A stretch of 64,000 nt of DNA from an uncultured archaeon (GTDB taxonomy: Archaea > Iainarchaeota > Iainarchaeia > Iainarchaeales > JAAZKV01), in NCBI GenBank assembly GCA_964583285.1, contig CAZOVD010000002.1, forward strand, positions 2,940 through 66,939, in the 5' to 3' direction. The position numbers were made by a program, and so were the translations under genes. Below are positions 28,960 to 37,360 of this stretch, in pieces (position 1 is the stretch's first letter; every line of letters starts with the position of its first letter). The notes under the pieces are model-generated. The model worked only from the letters and a program-made list of their open reading frames with translations, did not search any database and had not been told where the DNA came from.

Positions 28960-30398
28960 TATTCATCACTTTCCATATTTTTTAGTAATTCAAGAGCTCT
29001 TCTAGCAATTTGCTCATTTGGAGTAAATTGTTGAGTTTGAGGATTTTGCACTATTTGTGGTTGTTCTTCTTTTTGTCCTAATTGACTAAAATCTTTATAG
29101 AAAATATTTCCTTCTGGTAATGTAGATTCTCCAATAGCTTTTCTCATTTCATTATAAGTAATTTGGTTATTTAACCATTTTTCTCTAATTTCATTATTTC
29201 TCTCTTGTGGTGTTCTAAAGTCAATATCTCCAAATCTTATCTCGCATTTTTGTAAATACTGTAATTTTTTCTGATATGGTTTAATTATAGCATCTGTTAA
29301 TAATTTACTCCATAATCTTCTCTTTGTTTCAAGTCTAAGCATGAATGCAATTAAGATTTGTTCAGCAGTGGCTCTGTTTACATCCATTCCATATCCAATT
29401 AAAAACTCTGGTGCTAAACCAGAAATAATCTTTCTTCTAACATGGTCAGTAAATCCATCCATTGAAACATCTTTACCACTATAAGATAAATCTTCTAATT
29501 TTACTTCTCTATCAAGAACAGCATTTTCGTCATCTTCAAGCCCTTCAAAATAAGTGGCTAAATCAACTATATCATCCTGCGAAAACTTTTCACCTTCTTT
29601 TGGCATAATAAGTTTTTTTGGAACAGCTTTATATTTAGCAATAATTCCAGAAGCTTTTTCAATCCTCTTTAAAATTTCATGGTCATCAAGAACTGATGCA
29701 ATAAAAGAACGACCATATAAACCATCATCTCCTTTTCCCCATCTAAAATGAATTAATTTATCTTTATGAATAGGGATACCAAATATCTTTAATTCTTTAT
29801 ATCCTGAAAATGTATATGATAAAGTATAAAATCTTGGTTGTGGGTATCCAGGAGCACTTCTAAAACCTTGGGGTACTTCTTGAATATAATATTCATCTAA
29901 ATTTGGAACTGTTATTAAATTACCATTAATATCCGTTTTAGTAGTAGTTAGAGGATTTCCAAATGGGTCAGTATTTAAATAAATTCTACTTGAATCTGAA
30001 ATGGCATATAAGGCAATAGGAAGACCATCATTGCTATATTCTATTTCTAAATAACCATTACCGGTTTTAATAGCTTGTTCAACTGCTTCATGAACTTCTG
30101 AAAATAAATCTGGTTTAATTGTATCAATTATTTTTTGAAAAAACTGTTCTGTTTTATTATCTTGTGAATAAACAACTAATTCACGACCCATTGTAAAATC
30201 CGTAAAATTATCTACTGCTGAAGAAATAAGACCATTATTATTAAAAGCATTTCTGCATCTTACTTGTAATTCAATAGGATTATCCCAATATTCGCCAAAT
30301 AAATCTGTATTATTCTTTTTTAATTTACCTTTTACAGTTCTAGATTTTTCTTTGAATACCATTGGGCTATTTCCAAAAATTTCTTTTAATGATTTCAT
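28959..30398 (-). CDS. portal protein
   Basis: 479 aa. Called from size and its position upstream of the protease-scaffold-capsid genes. N-terminus MKSLKE. Confidence 0.7.
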   Translation of the reverse strand: MKSLKEIFGNSPMVFKEKSRTVKGKLKKNNTDLFGEYWDNPIELQVRCRNAFNNNGLISSAVDNFTDFTMGRELVVYSQDNKTEQFFQKIIDTIKPDLFSEVHEAVEQAIKTGNGYLEIEYSNDGLPIALYAISDSSRIYLNTDPFGNPLTTTKTDINGNLITVPNLDEYYIQEVPQGFRSAPGYPQPRFYTLSYTFSGYKELKIFGIPIHKDKLIHFRWGKGDDGLYGRSFIASVLDDHEILKRIEKASGIIAKYKAVPKKLIMPKEGEKFSQDDIVDLATYFEGLEDDENAVLDREVKLEDLSYSGKDVSMDGFTDHVRRKIISGLAPEFLIGYGMDVNRATAEQILIAFMLRLETKRRLWSKLLTDAIIKPYQKKLQYLQKCEIRFGDIDFRTPQERNNEIREKWLNNQITYNEMRKAIGESTLPEGNIFYKDFSQLGQKEEQPQIVQNPQTQQFTPNEQIARRALELLKNMESDE

Positions 30399-30400
30399 AT

Positions 30401-30664
30401 CTATACACTCTCCAAACTACATTTACAATTTTTATGAAGTGGAGGTCTATCAACAGGGCTAAATGCTCCTGTTGGGTCAGTAAACTTTTCTCCAACTGCT
30501 CTCACTTGGCCACCCATCGCTTTACAAGATTTACAACTATTTTCACTTGGATGAAAAACCCATCTTCTTTTAGCTTTGCTACCAGACTTTCCTCTACCAT
30601 ATTTCTCTTTAAAATTATTAGCAACATATTCTTTAAGTAATTCTTTTAAAGATTTTTTATTCAT
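30401..30664 (-). CDS. minor head protein, Mu F / SPP1 gp7-like C-terminal motif
   Basis: 'VDRPPLHKNCKCSL' matches the conserved (P)PxHxNCRC motif. N-terminus MNKKSLKE. Confidence 0.5.
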   Translation of the reverse strand: MNKKSLKELLKEYVANNFKEKYGRGKSGSKAKRRWVFHPSENSCKSCKAMGGQVRAVGEKFTDPTGAFSPVDRPPLHKNCKCSLESV

Positions 30665-31125
30665 AATGATGAGACACCTTCTGTTTGTTCGCCAAGTTCT
30701 TTATCTATAATTAATTTCTGGTCACCGTTTAATTGATGATAAGATTTTCCATATTTCTTAAATGATATAACATCTTGTGGTTCTAAAATATTTTCTTTTT
30801 CTTCAAGTTCTGCAAGTTTCTTTTTAATTCCATCAGGATTAATAATTACTAATTCATCATCTTCAAGAGTTATAAATTTACCATCACCAAAAACTACTTT
30901 ATTTAATTTCTTTACTTGAACTTCGTGAACAATTCCGATGTCTCCTTTTTTATTCTTAACAATATCTCCAGCAACATATTCTTTAAGAGATTCCTTTCCT
31001 TTCATTTTTTGAAAAATTCCCATAATATAGTCCCATTCCTCTTCATGACCTTGGTCCGCTGCAACTTGTTTAGCTTTATTCCAAAGTTTTTCATCTTCTG
31101 CTGTTTTAACTACATTTGCTGGCAT
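30661..31125 (-). CDS. SLKE-motif head-associated protein
   Basis: 154 aa with an internal 'GKESLKEY'. Shares repeat modules with the 487-aa neighbour. Confidence 0.45.
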   Translation of the reverse strand: MPANVVKTAEDEKLWNKAKQVAADQGHEEEWDYIMGIFQKMKGKESLKEYVAGDIVKNKKGDIGIVHEVQVKKLNKVVFGDGKFITLEDDELVIINPDGIKKKLAELEEKENILEPQDVISFKKYGKSYHQLNGDQKLIIDKELGEQTEGVSSL

Positions 31126-32589
31126 TTATAAACCCATCCATAAATCTAACATTACTTCATCGTCAACTTGTTTCTTTTGTTGGTCATTTAATTCATCATA
31201 TGATTTATTAAACATTTTTTTAGCAGTTAATTCAAGACTTCTTCCTTCTTCTTTTAAAGATTCTTTTAATTCTAATTCATTTGCCTTAAACCATCCAATT
31301 AATCCTGTTTGTGGTTGTGCTGTCACTCTAATTTCATCGTTTTGAATTTGATAAACATATCCAACTTTTCCGCTAGGTGTAATTACTTTGTCTCCACCAC
31401 CAATCCATTTACCATTTTTATCAACAATCTTTTTAGCATAAGAGCCTTCTTTTAAAGATTCTTTTTTACTAATATTTCTTGAACCACATTTAGAACATTT
31501 ATCATTATCATTGCCTTGAAATTGGTTTCCACAATCTAAACATTTTTGAATTGGATTTCTTTCAAAATCATCTTCATTATATTCTTTTTTATATCCTTCG
31601 CCCAATTCCTTTTGTAAGTCATTCAATTCAACTTGAACCTCTTTCTTTTCATCAGGAGTACATTGAGCATAATTTTTCTTAAATAAGAATTGTGCCATTT
31701 CATCTGGTGTTCTTGCATACTTTTCTGTTTTTTGCGGGTCAGCAACTAATATTTTCCATTCTTCATCTGGGCCGTCACCTTCAGCTTCTTTAGGATATAA
31801 TGTTTCTCCTTCTTCCTTATCATAATAATTTGGGTTTTCTTCTAAATGGTCCATTACTAAATTTTTAATAGCTTCATCATCTAAAGTTGGGTGTTCTGAT
31901 TTTTCTATATCAAAACCTTTAGAAAAATTATCATCAAGTGCTTCCACTTTAAAAGTATTTTCATCATCTTGTGAAATAACAGCTTCAATTCCTTTTAATT
32001 TTAATTCAGCATCTATTTTTGCTTTATTCTCTGGAGTACAATCAGCATATCTTTTTTTATCAAACATTGAATCTGCTAATTGGTCGCGTGCTTGAGTTAA
32101 AGAAATAGTTGCTTCACTTCTTAATTGTTTTTGCATTAAAGAATCAAACTTATATTGGTCATCAGAATTTAAATCATCATATTTTTTCCCACCAAAATAT
32201 TTTTTTGATATTATATCTTCTGCAGAACTTTCTTTATAACTTTCAGCATTTCTAGCCATATCTATTGCATCGCCAGAGTCTAAATTATATAAAGATACTA
32301 ATTGTTTAACAATTTCTTGTTCAGATTTTCCTTGCTTTTTTAATACTGTTGCTGTTTGCATAGCAGCATTAAATTGAGCTTGATTTACTTCTTTTAAACT
32401 TTCTTTTGTTGTTCTTTTTTTTGCTTCATCATACTTCTTTTGAAGTATATCTCTTTTATTCTTCCAAGCGTCATAATCTTCTGACTTTGGATTTAAAATT
32501 GATAATAATTCATCAATTTTATCTATTTCTGCTTTTATCTGAAGAGCCTCATCATAATCCCCAGATACTAATTCTTTTAAACTAACCAT
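31126..32589 (-). CDS. modular SLKE-motif protein with zinc ribbon (polyprotein-like)
   Basis: SLKE at aa 3-6, 64-67, 378-381 and 443-446. Four 'KxYxxxxxxxKxxxDxE' modules. Zinc ribbon 'CLDCGN...CSKCGS'. Confidence 0.5.
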   Translation of the reverse strand: MVSLKELVSGDYDEALQIKAEIDKIDELLSILNPKSEDYDAWKNKRDILQKKYDEAKKRTTKESLKEVNQAQFNAAMQTATVLKKQGKSEQEIVKQLVSLYNLDSGDAIDMARNAESYKESSAEDIISKKYFGGKKYDDLNSDDQYKFDSLMQKQLRSEATISLTQARDQLADSMFDKKRYADCTPENKAKIDAELKLKGIEAVISQDDENTFKVEALDDNFSKGFDIEKSEHPTLDDEAIKNLVMDHLEENPNYYDKEEGETLYPKEAEGDGPDEEWKILVADPQKTEKYARTPDEMAQFLFKKNYAQCTPDEKKEVQVELNDLQKELGEGYKKEYNEDDFERNPIQKCLDCGNQFQGNDNDKCSKCGSRNISKKESLKEGSYAKKIVDKNGKWIGGGDKVITPSGKVGYVYQIQNDEIRVTAQPQTGLIGWFKANELELKESLKEEGRSLELTAKKMFNKSYDELNDQQKKQVDDEVMLDLWMGL

Positions 32590-32595
32590 CTATAA

Positions 32596-32802
32596 TCACC
32601 TTACATTTCTATTTATTTCTCCTAAAAGTTGTTTAATTTTAAAGTAAGTATTTGGGTCTTTCGTCCTATCTATTTCAATAGCTAATTGTTTTAATTCATC
32701 AGCTTGCTGTGCTAATTGATTAGGATTAGCAACCCCAGCTTCTTTAAATGTAAAATTATTTTTAAGATATTCTCTCATATATTCTTTTAATCGTTTATTC
32801 AT
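32596..32802 (-). CDS. hypothetical protein (N-terminus MNKRLKEY)
   Basis: 68 aa. Its N-terminus is similar to that of 30401-30664. Confidence 0.45.
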   Translation of the reverse strand: MNKRLKEYMREYLKNNFTFKEAGVANPNQLAQQADELKQLAIEIDRTKDPNTYFKIKQLLGEINRNVR

Positions 32803-33122
32803 CTCTTATCGCCTTTTTTCCAATCATAAAATAATACAAAGTTATTTTCTCTAAGAACATTAATAAAATCAACTAAAACAAAATATGCACCACCAAACCC
32901 GAGAATTCCAATTATTGAAAATTCAATGCCATTATGGAGGATAGATATTATTAAATTAATAAATATACCATAGACTACAATTTCAATACAATTAATCAAT
33001 AAAGAGTTAATTATATCTTTTTTCTGTACTAAGTATATCTTTAAGCTTTTTGTCCAAGCAGAGACTTTTTTCTTATAAACTTCCAATAATTGGAATCTTT
33101 CCCAGATTTGTTTCATTTGCAC
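32799..33122 (-). CDS. membrane protein, first gene of the late block
   Basis: Two TM segments ('VVYGIFINLIISIL', 'IIGILGFGGAYFVLV'). Alternative ATG at 33116. Confidence 0.45.
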   Translation of the reverse strand: MQMKQIWERFQLLEVYKKKVSAWTKSLKIYLVQKKDIINSLLINCIEIVVYGIFINLIISILHNGIEFSIIGILGFGGAYFVLVDFINVLRENNFVLFYDWKKGDKR

Positions 33123-33159
33123 TCAACTCTTACAAACTATAATTATTATTAAATTTTAA

Positions 33160-33178
33160 TCATTTATAAATATAATTT
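33160..33178 (-). promoter_or_regulatory. late-type promoter motif copy 5
   Basis: Exact 18-mer tcatttataaatataatt at 33160-33177, overlapping the stop of 33177-33365. Confidence 0.6.
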
Positions 33179-33365
33179 ATTTCAAGTGACTTGCTAGTTT
33201 TTCAATTGCTGCTTTTTCACTAATAATATATGTATTAATCTTATTCGGCAAATCTTTTATTGTCTGTACTGGGCATAATCCATATATAGATATTAATTCT
33301 CGCCTACGTGAATGAAATTCTGTCTCAGTAACCATTTTATCTTCAATATAATATCTTACTTTCAT
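33177..33365 (-). CDS. hypothetical protein
   Basis: 62 aa, ATGA-coupled. Confidence 0.45.
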   Translation of the reverse strand: MKVRYYIEDKMVTETEFHSRRRELISIYGLCPVQTIKDLPNKINTYIISEKAAIEKLASHLK

Positions 33366-33643
33366 TTTATCACATTATTAATATCAAATATCGGTAATCG
33401 TTTTTCTATTGTTGGTTCATGTTCTTCAACACAAATATTAAGGGTTGTTGCGCATGAATTATAAGCATCCGTGCATGCTACTAGTGTCGTTTCTAATTTT
33501 TCTGTTCTATCTTTATAATATTCTTTACCAAATTCAGAAACTACTCCCCAAAAAGTAAAATATAAAAATAAAAAAATTAATACTATTGCAATTATTTTCA
33601 TATCATTATACTTCTTTTTATAATCAATTGTTTCTTTTTTCAT
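33362..33643 (-). CDS. N-terminally anchored membrane protein
   Basis: TM segment 'IIAIVLIFLFLYFTFWGVV'. Confidence 0.45.
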   Translation of the reverse strand: MKKETIDYKKKYNDMKIIAIVLIFLFLYFTFWGVVSEFGKEYYKDRTEKLETTLVACTDAYNSCATTLNICVEEHEPTIEKRLPIFDINNVIK

Positions 33644-33846
33644 TATTTCTCCTCCTTTTTCTTACAAGCATCAATAATATCTTGTAAACATTTATCATAT
33701 CCTTTTATGTATTCAGATGGTTCTGGGTCTTGTACCGTGTTAAAATAAACGGATACTTCTTTCATAGCGGTGGCCCATTTGCCAATAGCTTCAATTTGTT
33801 TTTCTGTAAATTTATACTTTTTAAAAACTTCACTTAAATTACTCAT
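33643..33846 (-). CDS. hypothetical protein
   Basis: 67 aa, overlapping junctions on both sides. Confidence 0.45.
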   Translation of the reverse strand: MSNLSEVFKKYKFTEKQIEAIGKWATAMKEVSVYFNTVQDPEPSEYIKGYDKCLQDIIDACKKKEEK

Positions 33847-33979
33847 TTTTATTCACCTCTCCATAAACACCTGAAAGGCATTTACCATCTTCATCAAGAA
33901 TAACTCCGCACCCTTGACAAACAAAAATATGTTCCCGCTCAACATAAACAAAACTATGTCCACAATCTACACATTTCAT
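33839..33979 (-). CDS. stand-alone TFIIB/TFB-type zinc-ribbon mini-protein (46 aa)
   Basis: MKCVDCGHSFVYVEREHIFVCQGCGVILDED... follows the pattern CxxCG..(n)..VCxxCGxV(I/L)xE. ATGA overlap upstream. Below the track threshold. Confidence 0.5.
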   Translation of the reverse strand: MKCVDCGHSFVYVEREHIFVCQGCGVILDEDGKCLSGVYGEVNKNE

Positions 33980-34206
33980 AAGTACCCCTTCTCCTCTATT
34001 TCTTTCATTATTTCTTCTCCATTTTGTTCTGGTATTTCTTCTATTCTATATTGAACCTTATCTTTATCAAATTGAACATCTTGTTCAATAAACTTTCCTG
34101 CTGATAATCTTGTTTCAAATAAAGCAAGCTCAGCATTTCTATCATAACAAGGCAACCAATTTTTTACCCATCTTTCTTTTCTCTTAACCATTACTAAATA
34201 TTTCAT
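33976..34206 (-). CDS. hypothetical protein
   Basis: 76 aa, ATGA-coupled at both ends. Confidence 0.5.
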   Translation of the reverse strand: MKYLVMVKRKERWVKNWLPCYDRNAELALFETRLSAGKFIEQDVQFDKDKVQYRIEEIPEQNGEEIMKEIEEKGYL

Positions 34207-34334
34207 TTTTTCCTCTCCAATAATTGTACCATTTCTTCTGCATCTTCATAGCTTGTGCTGATTAAAGCCATTTGATGTCCGCCTCTCATTATTTTCCAAC
34301 CTTTTTTGGTTTCAATGATTTTTAATTCCATCAT
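34203..34334 (-). CDS. small ORF (43 aa)
   Basis: MMELKIIETKKGWKIMRGGHQ... ATGA overlaps at both ends. Below the track threshold. Confidence 0.4.
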   Translation of the reverse strand: MMELKIIETKKGWKIMRGGHQMALISTSYEDAEEMVQLLERKK

Positions 34335-34426
34335 TTTCTCACCTCAGGTATTTCCCATACTTCATCTGCTGGGCCATTATATTTTTCTACTTTATATACT
34401 TCTCCATTTTTAACAATATATTTCAT
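34331..34426 (-). CDS. small ORF (31 aa), first gene after an early-type promoter
   Basis: ATG 34426 preceded by 'ggaaggtgattagca'. MKYIVKNGEVYKVEKYNGPADEVWEIPEVRK. Confidence 0.4.
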   Translation of the reverse strand: MKYIVKNGEVYKVEKYNGPADEVWEIPEVRK

Positions 34427-34462
34427 TGCTAATCACCTTCCTTTCATAATAATATATTAGAT

Positions 34463-34483
34463 AAAAAGGTTTTTAAATATATG
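34463..34483 (-). promoter_or_regulatory. early-type promoter motif
   Basis: The - strand reads CATATATTTAAAAACCTTTTT, with the box 43 nt upstream of ATG 34426. Confidence 0.55.
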
Positions 34484-34934
34484 TTTTGGAGTTAGTTCCA
34501 TTATTTATTTCATCATTAAATATCTCAATAGCTTCATAAATAGAATATTCTTTATTTTTCTTTTTAGACATATTATCAATATAATTTTTTATACCTTGAA
34601 TATCAAAAAAGTCTGAAACAATACCGGATTTAATTAGTTTCTTTACAAACGCACTATAAGTAATAAAGGAATTAAAATCTTCACTAAAATGTGTTTTCCA
34701 AATAGTATATCCTATTTTTCGCCCATATGATTTAGGTAAAGTACTTTTTGACCTAAAAACTTTACGCCTAACAAAATCAGTTTTTCTATTTAAAGAAAAA
34801 TCTAAATCATCTATCCTTTGTTGTCTTAATTCATCATTTCTACATTTTCTACAAATCTTTTTTGCTATTAAAACAGAATTAACTTTGGCACCGCATCTTC
34901 TACAAATCTTCTTCTCCACGTTGTTTCGCCTCAT
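34473..34934 (-). CDS. zinc-ribbon protein
   Basis: N-terminal 'CRRCGAKV...CRKCRN'; 153 aa. Confidence 0.45.
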   Translation of the reverse strand: MRRNNVEKKICRRCGAKVNSVLIAKKICRKCRNDELRQQRIDDLDFSLNRKTDFVRRKVFRSKSTLPKSYGRKIGYTIWKTHFSEDFNSFITYSAFVKKLIKSGIVSDFFDIQGIKNYIDNMSKKKNKEYSIYEAIEIFNDEINNGTNSKTYI

Positions 34935-35799
34935 AAACTTTTTTCATAAAATCAGCATACTCCATAATGCAATCTTCTATCTTAAATTCATTTAAAATAA
35001 TCTGTCTATTTTGTTCTCTTAACCACTTATTATTCCTACTATCATCAATAACAGAAAACATTGTTTGTTCACAAAAAAGTGATTGTGGTGGCAATATTTC
35101 TTTAGCACCTCCACCAGCAATAGAAGCTACAGGCATACCACATGCCATAATTTCAAGTAATAAATTAGGCATACAATTTTGATAATCTAGATGCACAACA
35201 ATATTGCATTTATTTAAAAGCGCAAATAATTCATCTGCGGTAGAAAATTTTTCTATAAATACAATATTGTCTGCGCCATAATGCTCTGTTAAAGATTTAA
35301 TAGCTTCATATTCAAATGGGAGAAGACTTTTTTTAATAATACCAATTTTATCTCCAGAATGATTAATCTTTCTTGGATTATAAAAATTAGTATCAACACC
35401 ATTAAAAATAATTTTTGAAGCAAAATGCTCTTGTTTACTAACATACTTCTTGTATCCTTTCTTACTATAATATGATTGATATATTATACCATCAGCTTCA
35501 TCATAATGCCACTTTAAAGATTCATTCATACTAGCATAGTTATTTTCATAACCTTTCACATATGGTTTAAAAACACCATTTACTCTATTAATAAAAACAC
35601 CATTATTCATTCTACAAGCGAGTACTTCATCATTTGTAAGCCAGTTATTTAAACCAAAAACAATATCTGCAATTCTTGGATTATCAACAACTTCAAAATA
35701 TTTTCTAATTTCTCTATTAAAATATTGCATAAAGGTTTTTGGGCCACCTGCAAGTTTTTCTATTCTATCAACTGGGTAGTATAATTTGTATTTTTTCAT
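34900..35799 (-). CDS. glycosyltransferase (GT-B, family 1/4-like)
   Basis: C-terminal 'NLLLEIMACGMPVASIAGGGAKEIL' fits the GT1 nucleotide-sugar-binding motif. Confidence 0.6.
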   Translation of the reverse strand: MKKYKLYYPVDRIEKLAGGPKTFMQYFNREIRKYFEVVDNPRIADIVFGLNNWLTNDEVLACRMNNGVFINRVNGVFKPYVKGYENNYASMNESLKWHYDEADGIIYQSYYSKKGYKKYVSKQEHFASKIIFNGVDTNFYNPRKINHSGDKIGIIKKSLLPFEYEAIKSLTEHYGADNIVFIEKFSTADELFALLNKCNIVVHLDYQNCMPNLLLEIMACGMPVASIAGGGAKEILPPQSLFCEQTMFSVIDDSRNNKWLREQNRQIILNEFKIEDCIMEYADFMKKVYEAKQRGEEDL

Positions 35800-36140
35800 A
35801 ATATTCTCCTCATTCTTTTTCTTGTCATACTTAAATATTTATTCTTATCTTTTAAAGTAGCAAAAAATTTCTTTTCGCATAAAGAACATTTTAAATACTC
35901 TACTTTTTGCTTACGAGCTCTTAACGTTATTTCTAACGAACATTGATGTGTATTATGCCAACCTTTTGCGCAATATTTTTTTATTTTTTGTAAATAAAAA
36001 AAATATTCTGTCTTCTGTTCAATAATAAATAAGCCTGATTTATATTTAAAACATTCAAAAGCGAAGATTAAATCCCATTTAAAATTTCGGAATAGGCTAA
36101 TTAATCTTCGCTTCTTACTATCCGATTTCGTAAGTTTCAT
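35796..36140 (-). CDS. Cys-rich hypothetical protein
   Basis: 114 aa, basic, with 'CSLCEKK'; ATGA-coupled. Confidence 0.4.
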   Translation of the reverse strand: MKLTKSDSKKRRLISLFRNFKWDLIFAFECFKYKSGLFIIEQKTEYFFYLQKIKKYCAKGWHNTHQCSLEITLRARKQKVEYLKCSLCEKKFFATLKDKNKYLSMTRKRMRRIL

Positions 36141-36466
36141 ATTTTATCAACAACCTTTTTTGCTTTATCTATTTTTTTATTATTTTGTTTTTGAACCCAG
36201 TTTTGATATTGTTTTAATAATTTGTCTCTTTTAAATTTATAATCTTTTTTAGCAATGCAATTATTTTGTTTTAATAGAATAAGAGCAATAGCTTTATTTT
36301 TTAAATATTGCGGGTGCTCACACAAAAAAGAATATGCAGAATATTCTGCCAAATCATATAAGTCATTACATTTATCGCATCTGCCTTTATATTTAGATTG
36401 TGTTCCGCAATAACAATACACCCATCTTTCAACGGCTTGTGTCTTAAAAATATCCCAAATACTCAT
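36137..36466 (-). CDS. Cys-rich hypothetical protein
   Basis: 'YCYCGTQSKYKGRCDKCND' is zinc-binding-like. Confidence 0.4.
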   Translation of the reverse strand: MSIWDIFKTQAVERWVYCYCGTQSKYKGRCDKCNDLYDLAEYSAYSFLCEHPQYLKNKAIALILLKQNNCIAKKDYKFKRDKLLKQYQNWVQKQNNKKIDKAKKVVDKI

Positions 36467-36651
36467 TTCTTCACCTTCAATTTTTTCATAGTTGATTTTT
36501 TTATTCCTCTATCAATTAATCCTTTATATCCAAACAATTTATGTTTTATAATGTCTAATATATCTTTCCACTCATATTTAAAATAAGTAGGAACCATTAA
36601 TGTTCTTCTTTTTGTATAATATGATTTAGATTCCTTATCAATTATTTTCAT
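36463..36651 (-). CDS. hypothetical protein
   Basis: 62 aa, basic, ATGA-coupled. Confidence 0.4.
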   Translation of the reverse strand: MKIIDKESKSYYTKRRTLMVPTYFKYEWKDILDIIKHKLFGYKGLIDRGIKKSTMKKLKVKK

Positions 36652-36656
36652 TTTTC

Positions 36657-36863
36657 TTACCCCTCATAATCTAACATTTCTTCATTAATTTCAAAACCAT
36701 TTTTAGCATGATAAATTAATGTCTTAACTTCTTCCTGAGTTAATCTACAAATTACATCACCTAATTCCAAAAAATATTCACCATTAAAACAATGTTTCCA
36801 AACATGGAAATATGTTGGCTCACCTGACTTTTTTCCACTTAATATTGTACATTTTACACTCAT
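36657..36863 (-). CDS. hypothetical protein
   Basis: 68 aa, ATGA overlap upstream. Confidence 0.4.
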   Translation of the reverse strand: MSVKCTILSGKKSGEPTYFHVWKHCFNGEYFLELGDVICRLTQEEVKTLIYHAKNGFEINEEMLDYEG

Positions 36864-37360
36864 TTCTTAATCACTTCCTTTTTATAAATACAAATATTTG
36901 TGTCTGGGTTCTTTGGGTTTCCTTCTTTATAATGTTCTACCCTTTTTAATTCCTTAAATAAATAATCAATAGCAAACTCTGTCATCCGCCAATAATCTTT
37001 TGGATAATCATGATAAATATGATGAAAAGGTACACTAAAAAATAATATTCCATTATCTTCTAATAAATTAACTACGTTTTTTGCAGCAGTAAAAATATCA
37101 TCCACATGTTCAAAAGTTTCAGTACAAATAATACAATCAAATTTTTCTTGTGGTAATGTTTCAACTTTAGTAATATCTCCTTTTTGGTCCACATATGGTC
37201 CATTAACCAAATCAATTGCCAAATATTTTTGTGTTTTAATAAACGTTCTTGGGTCAGCAAATCTTCCTTGATGACAGTCATATGCACCAATATTAAGTGT
37301 TGATTTAAAAGAATGCTTGCTAGCAAATCTATATAAATGATACATTATAAATTCTTTCAC
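36860..37360 (-). CDS. class I SAM-dependent methyltransferase
   Basis: 'YLAIDL' (motif I-like) and 'FDCIICTETFEHVDD...ILFFSVP', typical of the Methyltransf_11 type. Confidence 0.55.
   Translation of the reverse strand: MKEFIMYHLYRFASKHSFKSTLNIGAYDCHQGRFADPRTFIKTQKYLAIDLVNGPYVDQKGDITKVETLPQEKFDCIICTETFEHVDDIFTAAKNVVNLLEDNGILFFSVPFHHIYHDYPKDYWRMTEFAIDYLFKELKRVEHYKEGNPKNPDTNICIYKKEVIKK

Noticed and set aside
6470-33178. Reading the late motif as a T4-type late promoter (TATAAATA -10 element), which would imply a bacterial host.
   Set aside because: The motif does contain TATAAATG. The copy at 27502-27520 would even fit a -10 model better. But the surrounding replisome genes, the 22-24 nt box-to-ATG spacing of SD-less genes and the related early motif fit a TATA-box/leaderless model. 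I kept this as an explicit alternative, to be settled by 5'-end mapping.
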